Assembly: GCA_020891255.1 (NCBI GenBank)
Contig: BQFW01000009.1
Location: forward strand, 124,001-188,000
Direction: 5' to 3'
Length of the DNA: 64,000 bases
Source: Entomortierella parvispora E1425
Taxonomy: Eukaryota > Fungi > Mortierellomycota
Positions 1 through 15,051 of this stretch are shown here, one piece after another. A program made the position numbers and the translations under genes. The notes beneath the pieces were generated by a model. It was not told the DNA's origin. It did no database searches and saw only the letters and a list, made by a program, of their open reading frames with translations. How positions within the stretch are numbered: the first letter of the stretch is position 1; each line of letters opens with the position of its first letter.

Positions 1-64
1 TCTGCATCCAGCGGCAGAGCAACGATCGCGTGGGTACGCCTCTGTTCCTACAGCGTTGCCTGAC

Positions 65-2345
65 ATGGCCATGACGCCAACAGCCTCCTTCATCGCGACT
101 GTGGAAGTGGGGCCAATGGTATCTGCTTCTTTTGCAACGGCAGCCTCATCCCTTCAGCACCATCAACAACAACAACAGCACCATCAACAACAACAACAGC
201 ACCATCAACAACAACAACAGCACCATCAACAACAACAACAGCAGCAACAACAGCAGCAACAACAGCAGCAACAACGTCAGCAACAACAGCCACAACAACA
301 GCAGCAGCAGAGCATTTCACTACCACCCTTCGATCGTCTTCGATTTGTCCTGCCTCCTGTCCAGCTTGGAGAGTCCTTCGAGTCTCTTGCGTCTTTGAGT
401 AACTTGCAGCTGCGCAACTCTGATGATCCCTCTACTTTTGTGGTGCCTTTGGATTCCGGAAGATATCGAAACCATGGGTTTGCCGTCTCAATGCCTCTAC
501 CTATCCGGACATCTATGATTGAGAGCCACAGGACTACCCCCAATGCATTTGCCCTGGGGAGGCGATTTTCTACCCGGACCACAACAAGAGAAGGATCTAT
601 CAAAGAGCCCATGTGGGTGGAAACAACCCGCCGCCGTGTCCGCGAATTTCTTTCTTCAGAGTACATGGATATGATGACTGTTGGAATATGTCTGCACCAA
701 GCCTGCTACCACAAGAAGGAGGTCCTGCTTACAGTTTTATTGGAGCATCGATTGTTGGTTGCCCAAGATGCTCTTACAGGTGCTGTGCAAGTCGCCGCCT
801 CTGTGGGCTGGCGGCGAGGACTGGAGCTTTTGTTGTTGAAGCAGGGAGACCTCGAGGCCGAAATTGAACCAGTGGTCACGACCACCAGTGAGACGGTGCA
901 TCTTGGCACCTCCATGAAGTGGGACTATGCCACGGCGCCTCGTCTATTTGCGGGCAAGCGTGATCTCAAGAGCGCGACCTTTTCTCTGCTTTTGGACAAT
1001 AGACGTGCATCGCAGATGACGCCCTCCAGAAGCCTCGAGGGTCTTGTTCATCGAACTTTGCGTCGTCATCGAAGTGATGGTGGTCGATTGGACCGTACGC
1101 GAAGAAATAGAGCCGGTACCACTGGACGCACCGAAAGCGGCTCTGTAGAAGATGACGGCTCATCAACGAGATCGCTCACCCATGGTCGTCGCGCTAGTCT
1201 TGATGATTCACTGGCACCAATGTCCACCATCTCTTCGGATACGCCATTGCAGCCATTGCCCCGTCCAACATCATTGACTTTTGATCCAGTTGTCACCACA
1301 ATGCGATCGTCCTCGTTGAGTTCGAGAATATCAACATTTTTGGCCTCGAGTCCCTCCAATGGCTCTGATCGACTGCAGGCTCGAGCACGAGCAAGATCTG
1401 CACCCTTGCAGAGTGCGCTCGCTGGATCAGCTGCCTCAGCACCACCGCGTCCACCAGTAGTGGCCATGCTCTCGACGGGATCTCTGTGGTCGTTGCCTGG
1501 AGTGATGATGTTGCGAAAAAGTCGGAATGCAGTCGTGGCATTGATGGCTGCATGCTCTGGCAACGACCCAGGGTTGGTCTATTGGCTGATCGAAACTTTT
1601 GCCGATATCAAGATGAGCCATATCTTGCAAGCCCTAAAGCTCTCGTGCGACCGTGGGCTCGTTCGAGTGGTCCGCGTCCTCTTGGGTGGCGCCCCTCCTG
1701 CCCCCAAAACGACTGGGGAAGGCCAAAGTGAGGAGGGTAGGGAAGAGGTCCCCTCTAGACTTTTGTTGCGACGATGGATGCGGGACCAATTCAACACGAT
1801 CGCGGCGTTCTGTGGCGAACATTCTATGCGAGGACAGTCCGACCCCTATCCGTTTCTGTTTCTCATGGAGAGTTCTCCACTCTTTCGACACTATTATCAA
1901 ATCCTGAACACAGTTTCTACTTGTCAGTTCATGTTGGCGGCGCCTCACATGTCATCACTACCTACACCGCCAGCACCTCTTTCCCCCCAGCCTTTGGCGG
2001 AGGCGCTCCTATCCAATGAAGAAAGTGGTACGTTCGCAGCTCCAACCGGGGTCCCACAAACCGCAGAGCCCTCACAGTTGCATTCTGGATCTCAGAAAAA
2101 GACAAAGAGACCTCGGGTAATGACTCCACAAGAGAGAAAGGTGTTGTTGGTGGAGCTGCTTTTGGACCCCATCTTGCAAACATTTGGCCCTATTTCTGTA
2201 CGATTGGCTCTGGATCGGATGCCCAAGGATTGTTGGTGGCCCTTGGATCAAGATGTGCGCGCCAGGATTGATCAAGAGGCCAGAAAGGAGATGGTGCTTC
2301 TCGCCAAGGAAAGAAAGAAGCAGCAGCAGTTGCAACAGCAGCTGC

Positions 2346-2403
<58 letters not shown>

Positions 2404-2707
2404 TCAGCAGCAACAAACTTCTCGAAAGAAGCGAGTAGCCTCAGTCTCGGCCCCTGTTCTCCATCGTAAGCACTCTATTCAGGTCACCTCGACCGAGGCC
2501 TCTGGGGAACAAGAGGTTAAAGAGGTGAAGATACCAGAGGAGGAAAAGGGTGCGAAGCGGAGGCTCAGTAGACTCGGAAGTTCTTGGAAAAAAGTCCAGA
2601 ACTGGGTCATCCGTGATCACGGCAAAGTGGATTCTGAAAAGAATGCAAAAGATGCTCAATCCTCAGCACCCAAGACCCTCTTTCGTAGATGGAGCCAAGT
2701 CAAGTGA
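65..2707 (+). CDS. Hypothetical polyQ-rich protein with possible ankyrin-like helical repeats
   Basis: Uninterrupted ~880-aa ORF; first ATG at 65. Two polyQ tracts. Segments 'LHQACYHKKEVLLTVLL..AVQVAASVGWRRGLELLL' and 'LMAACSGNDPGLVYWLI..LKLSCDRGLVRVVRVLL' resemble ankyrin repeats. Confidence 0.7.
158..306 (+). repeat. Coding CAA/CAG microsatellite with a 21-bp unit (CAGCACCATCAACAACAACAA x4)
   Basis: Directly visible; encodes (QHHQQQQ)n followed by polyQ. Confidence 0.9.
2345..2401 (+). repeat. (CAA)19 pure microsatellite encoding polyQ
   Basis: Directly visible uninterrupted CAA run. Confidence 0.9.
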
Positions 2708-2825
2708 GTCAACCAGCTGTGGACAGTCCTCGGCATTGTACAGATAATAATAATAACAATAATAAAAAGGGCATTTCCTTTATGTAGAGAGACAGTGAAT
2801 AGGAGAGGTCACATCTACGTTATAC

Positions 2826-5283
2826 CTAACAGTTGCAGCCCTTCTTTGCTCCAGGCCGAGGGGCATTGAGCAAAGGTGCGGCGTACTTGTGCCAGTATGC
2901 TGGAGGCTCAAAAGACTTTTGGGCCGCATTGACGGTTCCAAAGTAAGCTGGGTAAATGTTGCCATCGTACTTTCCAATGGGGGCCTTGAGCACAAAGTCA
3001 GGGATGGCCCAAGCGTCGACTAAGGGGACAGCATCCTTTCGGAGGTCCTTGCATTGGTCCAAGAATAATTGACGAATGACCTTGGCATGCGTTCCATCAA
3101 AGTAGTTCTCCTCCAGGAAGAGATCCAAATGCTTGCGGAGCACAAACGTGCTCATCAACTGGCCCATCTTGACCAACATGGGGTACACCACAGACTTCTT
3201 CTCGCGCTGGATACCACGTTGGTACAGGATCAAGAAATAGCGCCAGGCATGCACATCTGCCAAACGCACCAACTCTGTCTGGTTCTCGTTCCAAGCCTGA
3301 TCAAACTCGGCCTTACCAGCCTCGGCTAATTTGGCGCCCAGGTCCACCGCCTTCTTGGCACAGGCCCAGGTGAGGACATCCACCACAAACTTGTGCTGCA
3401 AAAGATCCCGAGGATCCTGGTACGTGGTCTTGTTGTTGGCAATCGTTGCCTTGTAGTCGTTAAAGTAGCTGACGGATCCAGTCACTTCCTGCCCTTCATC
3501 GGCCCACTTCAAGGCTGACATAAGGTAGCGTGCTGATTGTTGCATTAGAACCACATTGTCACCGCCACCTGTGGTCATGACACCGAAATCACCCGTAAGT
3601 CCTGCAATGGCGTTGTAAGAAGAGTAGGCGTGTCCACCGCAGGCACGACGGCAGTTCTCCAAGACGTCAGTCACATACCAAGCCAGGGCGCCCTTGAATC
3701 CGGCCGAGACACCATGTTGATCAGGGATCTCTTTCAAGAAGGCACCAGCATCCGTTTGAGCGTAACCAGCGACCTCTTCCCACTTCTCACACAAGACACG
3801 GTCTACCACGTTCAAGAGGTAGATGAAAGCAAGACCTGGCATCAAACTGGTCTGATGAGTCTGGTAGTCCAGAATCTGCTCGTCATGGTTACCCTGACGA
3901 CGGACCGCACCATAACGGACAGCGATGGTCAATGCCTGCGAGAGAATGGCCTGCGAGCCGCCCAGGATCGAAAAACGCTCAGGGATCAGGGTCGCATAAG
4001 AGAGAACAGGGCTGGGCGAAGGGGTGAAGACGCCCTCGGAGCTCATCGAGGCCCACCTCATGAGCATGTTCTGGCGAGGGATACGGACTGAAGTAAATTG
4101 AATCCAGCCATTGTCCAAACCCTGACGGCCGGCCTTGTGTCCAATGTCTCCGCAAGTGACACCGGGCAAGAGTCTGCCAGTCTTGGGATCGCGGAGAGGA
4201 ACAATGAACCAATTGATACCATGGTTCTCGCCGTCAATGATGGTTTGACAAATCGCAACTATGCATCGGATCGCCAGCGGTGCGTAGGCATCCCGATTAG
4301 TTCTTGCTTATGTGAAGGAAAATTCAAGGGAGAACAACAAATTTTTTGAACCTTGGTCCATACCTGTATGAGTTGCAGTCTCTCCAGACATGCCGATCCA
4401 CCATTTCGTGGCTGTCAACGAAGGGGAGTGGATCACAAACTCGCTGGTGGCACGATCATAAGTAGATGTGGTCTCCAGACCTCTGAGGTTTGACGAATGT
4501 CCAAGTTCTGTCTATCATTGACACGTGGAAGTAAAAAAAAGAAAGAGAGACACAAACAGCAAAATGGTCAGTCATGGTCCCTCTTGCTGTGAAAAAAAAA
4601 AAAAAAACAAAGTCAAAAAAATTTACCATGGCAAAACATCCAATGACCCTCCAGTTGTTAATATCGTCCATCCACTGGTCCTGCTGCTCAGCTGTCCCAA
4701 ACAAGGTCAGGGCTTGACGGAAGAGCATCTCATGGACATAGATGCGCATCGAGAACGACTCGGTATAAAACGACATGGCCTTGAACAAAGCCTGGGCCTG
4801 ACGACGGTCCTTCATGTGCTTGTTGAGTTCAACCGCACGGGCGATCTGGCGCATGGTCATCTCACGATCCTCGGCTCTCGTCAGGTCGTAATGATGGCCC
4901 TTGTCCATTCTCAGTGCCGGGTCTCTTTGGATCGTCTGGAACGCCAATTGCTAAACAGGTAAAGTAGAGGGCAAAGGGTTTCTTTTCTTGGTTAGTCAAG
5001 GGGGGCATGCGCGAGCCGGTGGGGATCAACAACAAGCGGACCTTGGAATTCACAGCTATTTTACCAGAGCCTTGACGTTCTCCTCGCCTCTAAAGAGGAC
5101 CTTGGTCATTTCATCGACCGGGAACGATGCGTTGGCGCGCTCGCGTGCCAGGTCGGCTGGCCCGGTCGGCTGGTCGTTGTGGATGGCATGGCGGTTGAAG
5201 CAAGGTTGGACAGTCAACTGGCTCTGGACTGCAGCCAGACGGGCCGCTGCAACAGTCGACGCAGGCTCTGAAGGTGAAGACAT
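2826..5283 (-). CDS. Peroxisomal acyl-CoA oxidase (multi-exon)
   Basis: Motifs 'GCFAM|[36 protein letters not shown]', '[19 protein letters not shown]', '[11 protein letters not shown]', '[19 protein letters not shown]'. GT-AG introns join the ORF pieces. N-terminal RLAAVQSQL matches PTS2. Confidence 0.93.
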
Positions 5284-5863
5284 TATTCTTCTTTCCCTTT
5301 TTTTTTGTCGGTCTTTTTGGACTTGAATGTGGAGATTTGATTTGATGTGGAGATGTGGAGATGGCAAATGAAGTATAAAAAAGGGGAAGACAAGATGCTG
5401 AACAAGAGAAAAGAAGGAATGATGCGATGTGATGTGCACCGTGAAAAGGAGGACCCGGTTTGCACCCTCTTGGTGTCCCACCCGTCCCTTGTGCGACCGA
5501 ACGGCTCGCTTGCATCGTTGTGTTCGCTTTGGATTGCCCTCTTCTCGCTGATCATGTTTCTCCTGGCACACGTCCACAGGTAGCGCAATATGCACTCCAT
5601 CCGCGCCTGCCGATGGACGACACTCCTACCACACCCCAGGACTTTAACGTACGCGTCTGACTGCATGATCTGTATAGAGTGTTTATTTTTATGGGTCCAT
5701 CTTCAACTCACAAAGAGAACAAAAGGGAGAAAGAGTAGAGAGTTTTGTATATGTTTGTTAACGTTTTAATAAACTTGCGAATAAAAAAAGTGTAGAGAAG
5801 GGAGAGAGTGTGTGTGGGGAAAAAAAGAAATGATTCAGAACAATGAAGGGACCTTCAAAGCAT

Positions 5864-7947
<2,084 letters not shown>

Positions 7948-8229
7948 GGTGCACCGGGGGGGAAGAAGGATGGGATGATGGGTCGAAGATGCAAAGATGC
8001 GATGGAATAAAGGGACGGGACGGACGGGCAGGCGGGGGACGGGGGCGGCTGGGTGGCTTGGCTGTTTGTGTGATGTGCACCTGTGTGTGGAAATAACTGG
8101 ACTTTTGGTGCTGGGAAATAGCGGAATTCCGGTTGATTACGACACCGGATTTAATTTTCGCGTAAATTTAATGGACAAGGGTTGTATGAAGTTTATCTAC
8201 ACATAGCACACATAACGTCGCCTACCTGC

Positions 8230-8790
8230 CCTTTTGAAGGGTCATGACCCATTAGTGCTCTTGAACGCCTTCATCCAGGGGTTTACTCAACTGACGAAAT
8301 ACGAGCATGGATGACAGAGACTCCTCGCTTTGCTGCAAGGTAAAATACTACTAATCTTCTCCTGGTTTTGAAGATCAGAAGAGGAAGAGGAGGAGCCTTT
8401 GCAAACAAACGCCAAGGGTAAGATATCAACGTTCACATCTAGCTTCGTTGCATGACCCCCCTTGCCATTTGCAGTGCATCCAATAGATCTGGCTGCGGAC
8501 CCAATTGGCATCCAAATCTGTAATCCTTGAGTTATTACGCTCTGTCCCTGGAGGCAATTTACCCACGGTGGCGGAGCCAGAACTGTGATGCTCTATCTCT
8601 TTCCAGCTTCCAAGAAGAGCTCTCTCCTAATGCCACCATCCAAATTTGAGGTTGATCCAGATTTGAGGTTCGTATTAAGTCGAGGGTACCTCAAATGATC
8701 GCGTTGTCTGTCCGAAATGTCGAATGTTTTCAAAGTACACGTCTGGAGACCTATCCAATCCAGCCATACTATAGGGAGTTTTACGAGCAA
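8230..8790 (-). pseudogene. Possible decayed F-box/LRR (RNI-like) gene fragment
   Basis: Broken frames read 'WIGLQTCTLKTFDISDRQRDH...RELFLEAGKR*...VNCLQGQSVITQGLQIW', reminiscent of the C-terminal LRRs of Mortierella F-box proteins. The resemblance is weak. Confidence 0.25.
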
Positions 8791-10310
8791 TCAAAAATGT
8801 TATAACGTGCTAGAGACAACCTGGAAGCAAAAATGGTAGAGTGGTGCATCAACAGGCACACGGTCCAACGAGACTTCTCAACTTTGATAATTCCTAGGGC
8901 AGCGCGTAGGGATCAAGAGAAAGAAATTGCTCAAAGGAAAAACTGCTCAAAGGAAAGTCGCGGCTTAGCATGGCCTCCACAGCAATACGCGACGGATCGA
9001 CATGTTACAGGTGAGAGCATGCATGAAAGATGGAACACCGGGCGCATTTTACAATTGCGTCCGGAATGAAGAAATTACCTTTCAAAATGATCAATCGACC
9101 AATCGACCTTTGCAGTCAAAGTGAGCCCAGTGGATGAAAATATGGATGTTTGTCCTCAAGAAAATAACTGGGCAGGGAGTGAGACCCCGAACAAAGGGGA
9201 GGGGACAGCTCTTGAAGAAGGTGAAGCGAGCGAGTGCTTGCCATTTTGCGACTTCTCTGCGTAGACACGTGCCCAATTTGTTCACTCTTGCGCGGTATGC
9301 ACATCTTTAGACAGGTGTTAGTCTCCGGGTCTGGACCAACAAAGGCAGGGCAGACTCTGCGTTTGAAAGCGATAAATGATGAATATGGAAAGATGCAGGC
9401 CAGTTCTTGCCAAAACACCCTGAATCCTCTTCGAGTCTCCTTTTCTTTCGTTCAAATCCCCTTGATGCAATCGCCCTGTCCTGCCGCGACGATGCAGCAC
9501 ACCAAGAATCGGAACTAGTTGACCCACTGCATTTTTGCATTTGTGATGAAATCGGTGGTGATCGTCAAGTTGGAGCGTGTCGGACCAGAAAATGAAAAAA
9601 GAACGACAGAAAAGAAAGAAAACTTTTTATTGCCGAAATAAATGATCCACCTTGGACCCAGCAGAATGAGCGGCCGCGAAACATGCAGCAAAATTGCTCC
9701 GCGCGCAGAATGGATCAGCAGGTGCTGCCAGTTGTCAATCGGCGCTGCCCCCTTTGCTACGATGAGCACTCAAAAAAGAAATAAGAGTTGGGTAAATGAG
9801 CAATGCTCTCTGATTTTCTTTCTGATCTTGACTAGTCGGCATGCCTCAGGGCGAAAAGAGAGTGTTTACCAGGGGTGCACAGGTGTTCTTTGGTCGCCAC
9901 CCCGGTAAAAAAAAAAGTATAAAAAGAACATCCCCTATCTTCTCTTTCTTGTCCTCCCCCTCCCTTTCTCTTTCTCTTTCTCCTCCTCCCCTCCCAGCCC
10001 TTTTACCACTCACCCGCAACGATTGACGTTGTCCCTTCCGCTGCGCCCTAGCCTGCACGCCCAAACAGACCCACTGAATTATTTTTAACGACCACAAGCA
10101 CCACATTGCGCCATCATCCGCCTTGAAGATCGCACCGCCTCTCTCCTTTTACCAGGAAACGTCTTTATCTCTTTCTCGGTATTCATTTAAATACGCCGGC
10201 CGCTTCGATCTGTCCCCCTTTTTCTTTCTTTCTCAGTCCTGCATTTCCTCCTTTGCAGACTTCGTATACCGTTTTTTCTCCAATTCTTTCATAGTTGACC
10301 ACATTCTACC

Positions 10311-11570
10311 ATGTCTGTCGAAAAATCCGGAAAGCAGCCTATGCAAACCAAGAACAAGATCTTGATTGCAGCAGTCTCCGCAGTTGTCATTGTGGGTGTC
10401 GCTCTCGGCATTTACTTTGGTGTCCACAGCAGCAACAAGGACAGCAACAACAAAGACGAGTCCAAGACCAACAACTCTAATCTCCCTACCACAACCTCCA
10501 GTGCTCTTCCTTCCCCTTCCCCTTCGGCAAACCCTATTCCTCCAGGACAGAATGGAACTATGATCAACGGGACTCTTTTCCCTTACTACACCTTGACTGG
10601 CCCTGCTCCTGCCCCCGTCGGTGTTCCTGGAATGGTTTACACTATGTGCAAGACTCCAGGCACTTTCTCCATTTCTTTCGATGACGGTCCATCTGCCGTA
10701 CGTGTTTACCACCAGATTTATTGCTCTCAATTTGGGCGCCATTTGCCTCTCTAACAGTCAATTTCTATCCATCCTAATAGTACACCCACGACCTGTTGGA
10801 TCTTTTGGACAAGGAGAACCTGAAGGTGACCTTCTTTGTTAACGGAAACAACGAGGGCTGCATCTACGACCCTACTGTCCAGTCGGTCCTCAAGCGTGCC
10901 TTCAACTCTGGTCATCAGATCGCCTCCCACACCTGGTCCCACCCCAAGCTGACTTCCCTCACTGTGGATGGCATTACCACCGAGATGACTCGCCTTGAGC
11001 AGGCCTTTATGGACGTGCTGGGTGTTGTTCCCCGTTATATGCGCCCCCCTTACGGCGATGGAACCTTTGGTAACGGTAACGCTAACGATCAAAAAGTTCA
11101 AGGCACCCTCAAGAACCTTGGATATGTGATCACCACCTGGGACATTGCCACGACCGATGCCGATATTGATGACAACAACAACCCTCACAAGTTGACCGAT
11201 GAGGCTTTGATGAAGGCTGAGCAGTTCCAGTACACCTCCGTTATCAATGCTGCTGCCAAGGGTACAACGCACATGGCCCTTCACGTAAGCCCCCACACTC
11301 ATTCTAGTCTTATCTTCATTGTTTTCCCTTCTGCCGCCTCGTTCGCGACAAAACTAACTGACACTTCGTTTCCTGGTTCTTTGAAACGATTAGCATGATA
11401 CCTATGAGCGCACCGTTAAATTGATGGCTCCTTGGTCCATCAACTATGTCAAGGGTCTCGGTTACAAGATTGTCCCTGTTGCCACCTGCTTGGGTGATGA
11501 GGATCCTCGCACCTGGTACCAAAAGATTGGCAAGCCCGCTGCCACCACACCCACGACCTGCACCAAGTAA
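10311..11570 (+). CDS. Polysaccharide/chitin deacetylase (CE4, NodB domain) with N-terminal membrane anchor; 3 exons
   Basis: Motifs SFDDGP, HTWSHP, RPPYG, LHHD. Introns 10698-10780 and 11285-11393 splice in frame. Hydrophobic segment ILIAAVSAVVIVGVALGIYFGV followed by a Ser/Thr/Pro linker. Confidence 0.92.
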
Positions 11571-12369
11571 ACTGGTCCTTCGAACGAGAGTCCTTTCTGG
11601 AGTTATCGACCATAACCAATATCTACATTAAATACCATACCATAGCATAGAAGCCAACACTTTTTTTGTAGTTTAATACAGTTCATACACGCAGCGGATG
11701 GGAAAGCTAGGCTCATGAGCTGGTACCCTTTGCAAAAAGACCCAAAGATACATTTGTTTCATCTTGTCAAGGCCAATTGAGGGAGATGATCCATAACGGC
11801 CTGAATGTGGATCCACGAGGGGCCAATGCAGACAGCACAGTGTGTGTCCTGGTATTGGTAACAGCAGCGAAGAAAGGGACCAAGTAGTACTGGCCTCAGG
11901 AGCAACGCAGCAGCAAACGCGACGCGTCTACTTTTACAATTGCCTTTTTTTGACAAGGGTCGTCATGCATTGATCATGGAGGCTAAAGAGCACGCGACAG
12001 GACGCGCGGATCGGGCAGAGAGGAATGAAGCCATGTCCAAGCGCGGGCAAGTCTCTCCCTGTGGACTCGAATGCGTCCATCCTTGCTGCGAGAAGGAAAA
12101 AAGAAGGCTGACGGCGGTCTTTGTCACGATGCAAAATCAGAGGTGAGACTTTTTTCTTTTTTTTCCTTTCCCACCTCCATTTCACACCGCTATTCCACAC
12201 CTCTTTTTACGCTTTTCTCAGTGGTGCAAGTCTTCACCTTCTGCGCCTTCCATATTTCCATATTGCTGCCATCTTCCTCTCCCCTCCCCTTCTTTTTCTT
12301 CCATCCATTCTATCTTCATTCCTTCTGTCCACTCCATCCGCCGACCTCCCCCGCCTCCTTGAAGACAAC

Positions 12370-14366
12370 ATGGTCTTCAACCCACACCAGGGCATGGTCA
12401 TCTCGACCCCGCCCATCAACTCGACCACAGACTGCAACACAATCACAATGAACAACACCCTCCTCAATGCCGCCATTACAGCACCATTTACCCTCCCCAA
12501 CGGACAAAAGTCCCTCGCTTCGTCGTCCACCACCTCCAGTTTAACCTCGACCTCAAACTCTACAAACAAAACGGGTCCTTTGGATCCTGTCCCCAATTCT
12601 GCTCAGCCCTCTTCTCCCTCTGCCTCAGCCTCTCGTCAAAGAAGGGCCTCGACCAGCACTGACGGATACGTGGTTCGTGTGGGCTTTGATACCTTGGGCA
12701 GCGGTAACACAGCCGACTACTCTTTTACTCTTCAGTCAAAGACCGACAACTGGAAGCGAACGAGAAAGAGCAGGACTTATCTGATTGGAATAGACTTGAA
12801 CGATTACTCGGCTCATGCATTGCACTGGGTCATGGAGAATATGGTCGAAGATGGTGACGAGGTAAATCAATTTAAGGCTAATGAAGAAAAAAAAAAAAAA
12901 AAAAAAAGGCGAGGGAGAATAACTTGGATTGACTGACAATAATAGCAGAGACATGACATAGAACGTTGAAGAAGAGAGACTATCGACTCTAGTTCTCCCC
13001 CCTAGAGCGTTCACTGAACTAACGTCATTCCTTTGTCGTAGGTGGTTGCACTGCGTGTCATGCCTGTGGAACTGCGCGATTCTTGTAAGTGCACGCAACA
13101 GACGGAGAAGGACTCGTTAAAAAGACTCAGAGATGGAGAAGACGGAGATTATCGAGAGCGACCATGGGGTGTATGGCGCTCAATTGGAAGAGAGCAAAAG
13201 CGTCTTTTTTTTTGTTTGTGCGCGTGGACTCCGCTTACGTGTTGAAGAGGGGCCTGCAAACAAACCCGCCCTCTTTGATATTAATGGCTCACTCATGGAA
13301 TGGTTTATTTTCGTCAACGTCCTTTAGTATCCAAGACCGGGATCCCTTCATTCCAGGGCCAGGAGTCGGCTGCAAGATCAGAGGCGACAAAGATCATGAA
13401 CTCGATTCGGGAAAAGAATACAAACAGGGAGATCAGCATCGTGGTCGAATACATGGTCGGCAATGTGCGAGACACTATTCAACATATGGTAAACCAAATA
13501 TGAACCCCCCCCCCCCCACGGACACGCACTGCTCGCACAGCAACCAGATGATCAGGCACGAAGGAGCTTCTAGAACGTGCCACTGACCTTTCCCCCCCTC
13601 CCTCTTTTCTTTTGTCTTTGTTGATCTGCAGATCAAGCTGTACGAACCCGATATGCTGGTGGTCGGTACTCGTGGTCGTTCTTCAGTCAAAGGATTTTTG
13701 CTTGGATCTGTCTCACGTTACTGTCTTCATCACTCGTCCGTACCTGTGATTGTGGTCCGTCCTCAGCGCAAGCTCAACAAATCCAAAAACAAGGCTAAAG
13801 GCATCTTCCGTCGGCGGTCCTCCGTGATGAGCGAGGACGACCAAGGGTACCAACCTCACCCCACGCAGCCGATTCATATGTCAACTTCAGATTTTGATAT
13901 CCAGAGCAACAGTAGCTCGAGTTCCCTCAGCAACAATACCCTCTCAACCCCAAGCATTGCTCTCTTCCCCTCCGCCACCATTTCTGGAGGGGAGAAATTT
14001 CCCAGCAATGCCCACCGGATGAGACCCAACAGTTCCTTTTTTTATGGATCATCGCCTTCAGCGTCACCCGCGTCGTCTATCAGTTCAATCACGCTACCAC
14101 CCATCATTCCTTCTCGGTCGCCAGCTCCCCCACCTCCAGAGGGCGTGATTAAGATGAAAAAGAGTTTGACGACCGATGGAACGGGCAAGGGAAGCAAAAG
14201 TTTTGGAAGGTCCGCAGGTGGATTCCTGTCAGGGTCTTTGCTCCTAGGACCGTTGATTGGCGGCAACCGTGATAAGGACAAGGACAAGGATAAAGATGGA
14301 AGCAGTGGTGGAAGTTCCATAGGTGGATTCCTCAAGGGCAAGAAGAGACATTCCCATGGAGGATAG
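12370..14366 (+). CDS. Universal stress protein (Usp) domain protein (multi-exon)
   Basis: 'RTYLIGIDLNDYSAHALHWVMENMVEDGDE|VVALRV', 'ISIVVEYMVGNVRDTIQHM|IKLYEPDMLVVGTRGRSSVKGFLLGSVSRYCLHHSSVPVIVVRP'. Confidence 0.9.
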
Positions 14367-14454
14367 AAAAAACTGAACTTTGTAAACTCTGTCCCAACAT
14401 TATCAACCTGTACACTACACTTACTCAACCAATAATGTATCCTCTTTTTTTGTA

Positions 14455-14720
14455 ACTGGTTTTTTTTTTACCAAGTTAACTGGGTTAACTCTACTTTAAC
14501 CAGTTAATTTTGACCAAACTTGACTTGTCAATTGACCACCGTTAACTGGATTTTCTGACCAGGTTTCGTTGTTTTGACCTGTTTAGGGCAGTTAATTGGC
14601 CAGTGAATTTCCTTTCTTGGCCTGCTGTAATGAGAGAATTAACCGAGTTAACTGGGTTAACTGAACTGGTTTACCGCTGGATTGACTCGGTTAACTTCTG
14701 TTTGACTTGACTGGTCAAAT
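14455..14720. repeat. Degenerate cluster of GTTAAC(TGG)/TTGAC motifs
   Basis: Six exact GTTAAC palindromes, GTTAACTGGGTTAACT twice, and many TTGAC variants in ~260 bp. Confidence 0.65.
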
Positions 14721-15051
14721 GCATCAGCATGGTGCGAACTGTTGTTATTTCGTATTTATTAATACTTTGCAAGGAAATAAAGGGACCCTTTTTTTTTTTT
14801 TTTTTTGTGGGTTCAACATCATCTTCCTCGTTCCTTCTACATCCTTGAATCTCGCTTAATGGACTACCGCGATAGATATCGATAGATCACCCCGCCTTAA
14901 GATATGGCCATTGAGGTCACGGTTTGTTGACCATGCACTTCCTTCTCCTTGATAAGCACCAGATACCACGCCACTCCAGCAGAGAGCCACTGTGCAGTCT
15001 CACAACCAGACACCACAGGGACACCGAGCAACCCGCTACTCTGGGACAGAC

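Noticed and set aside
2826-2840. C-terminal CNC of acyl-CoA oxidase as a CXC geranylgeranylation signal
   Set aside because: CXC prenylation needs Rab/REP context; there is no support in a peroxisomal oxidase.
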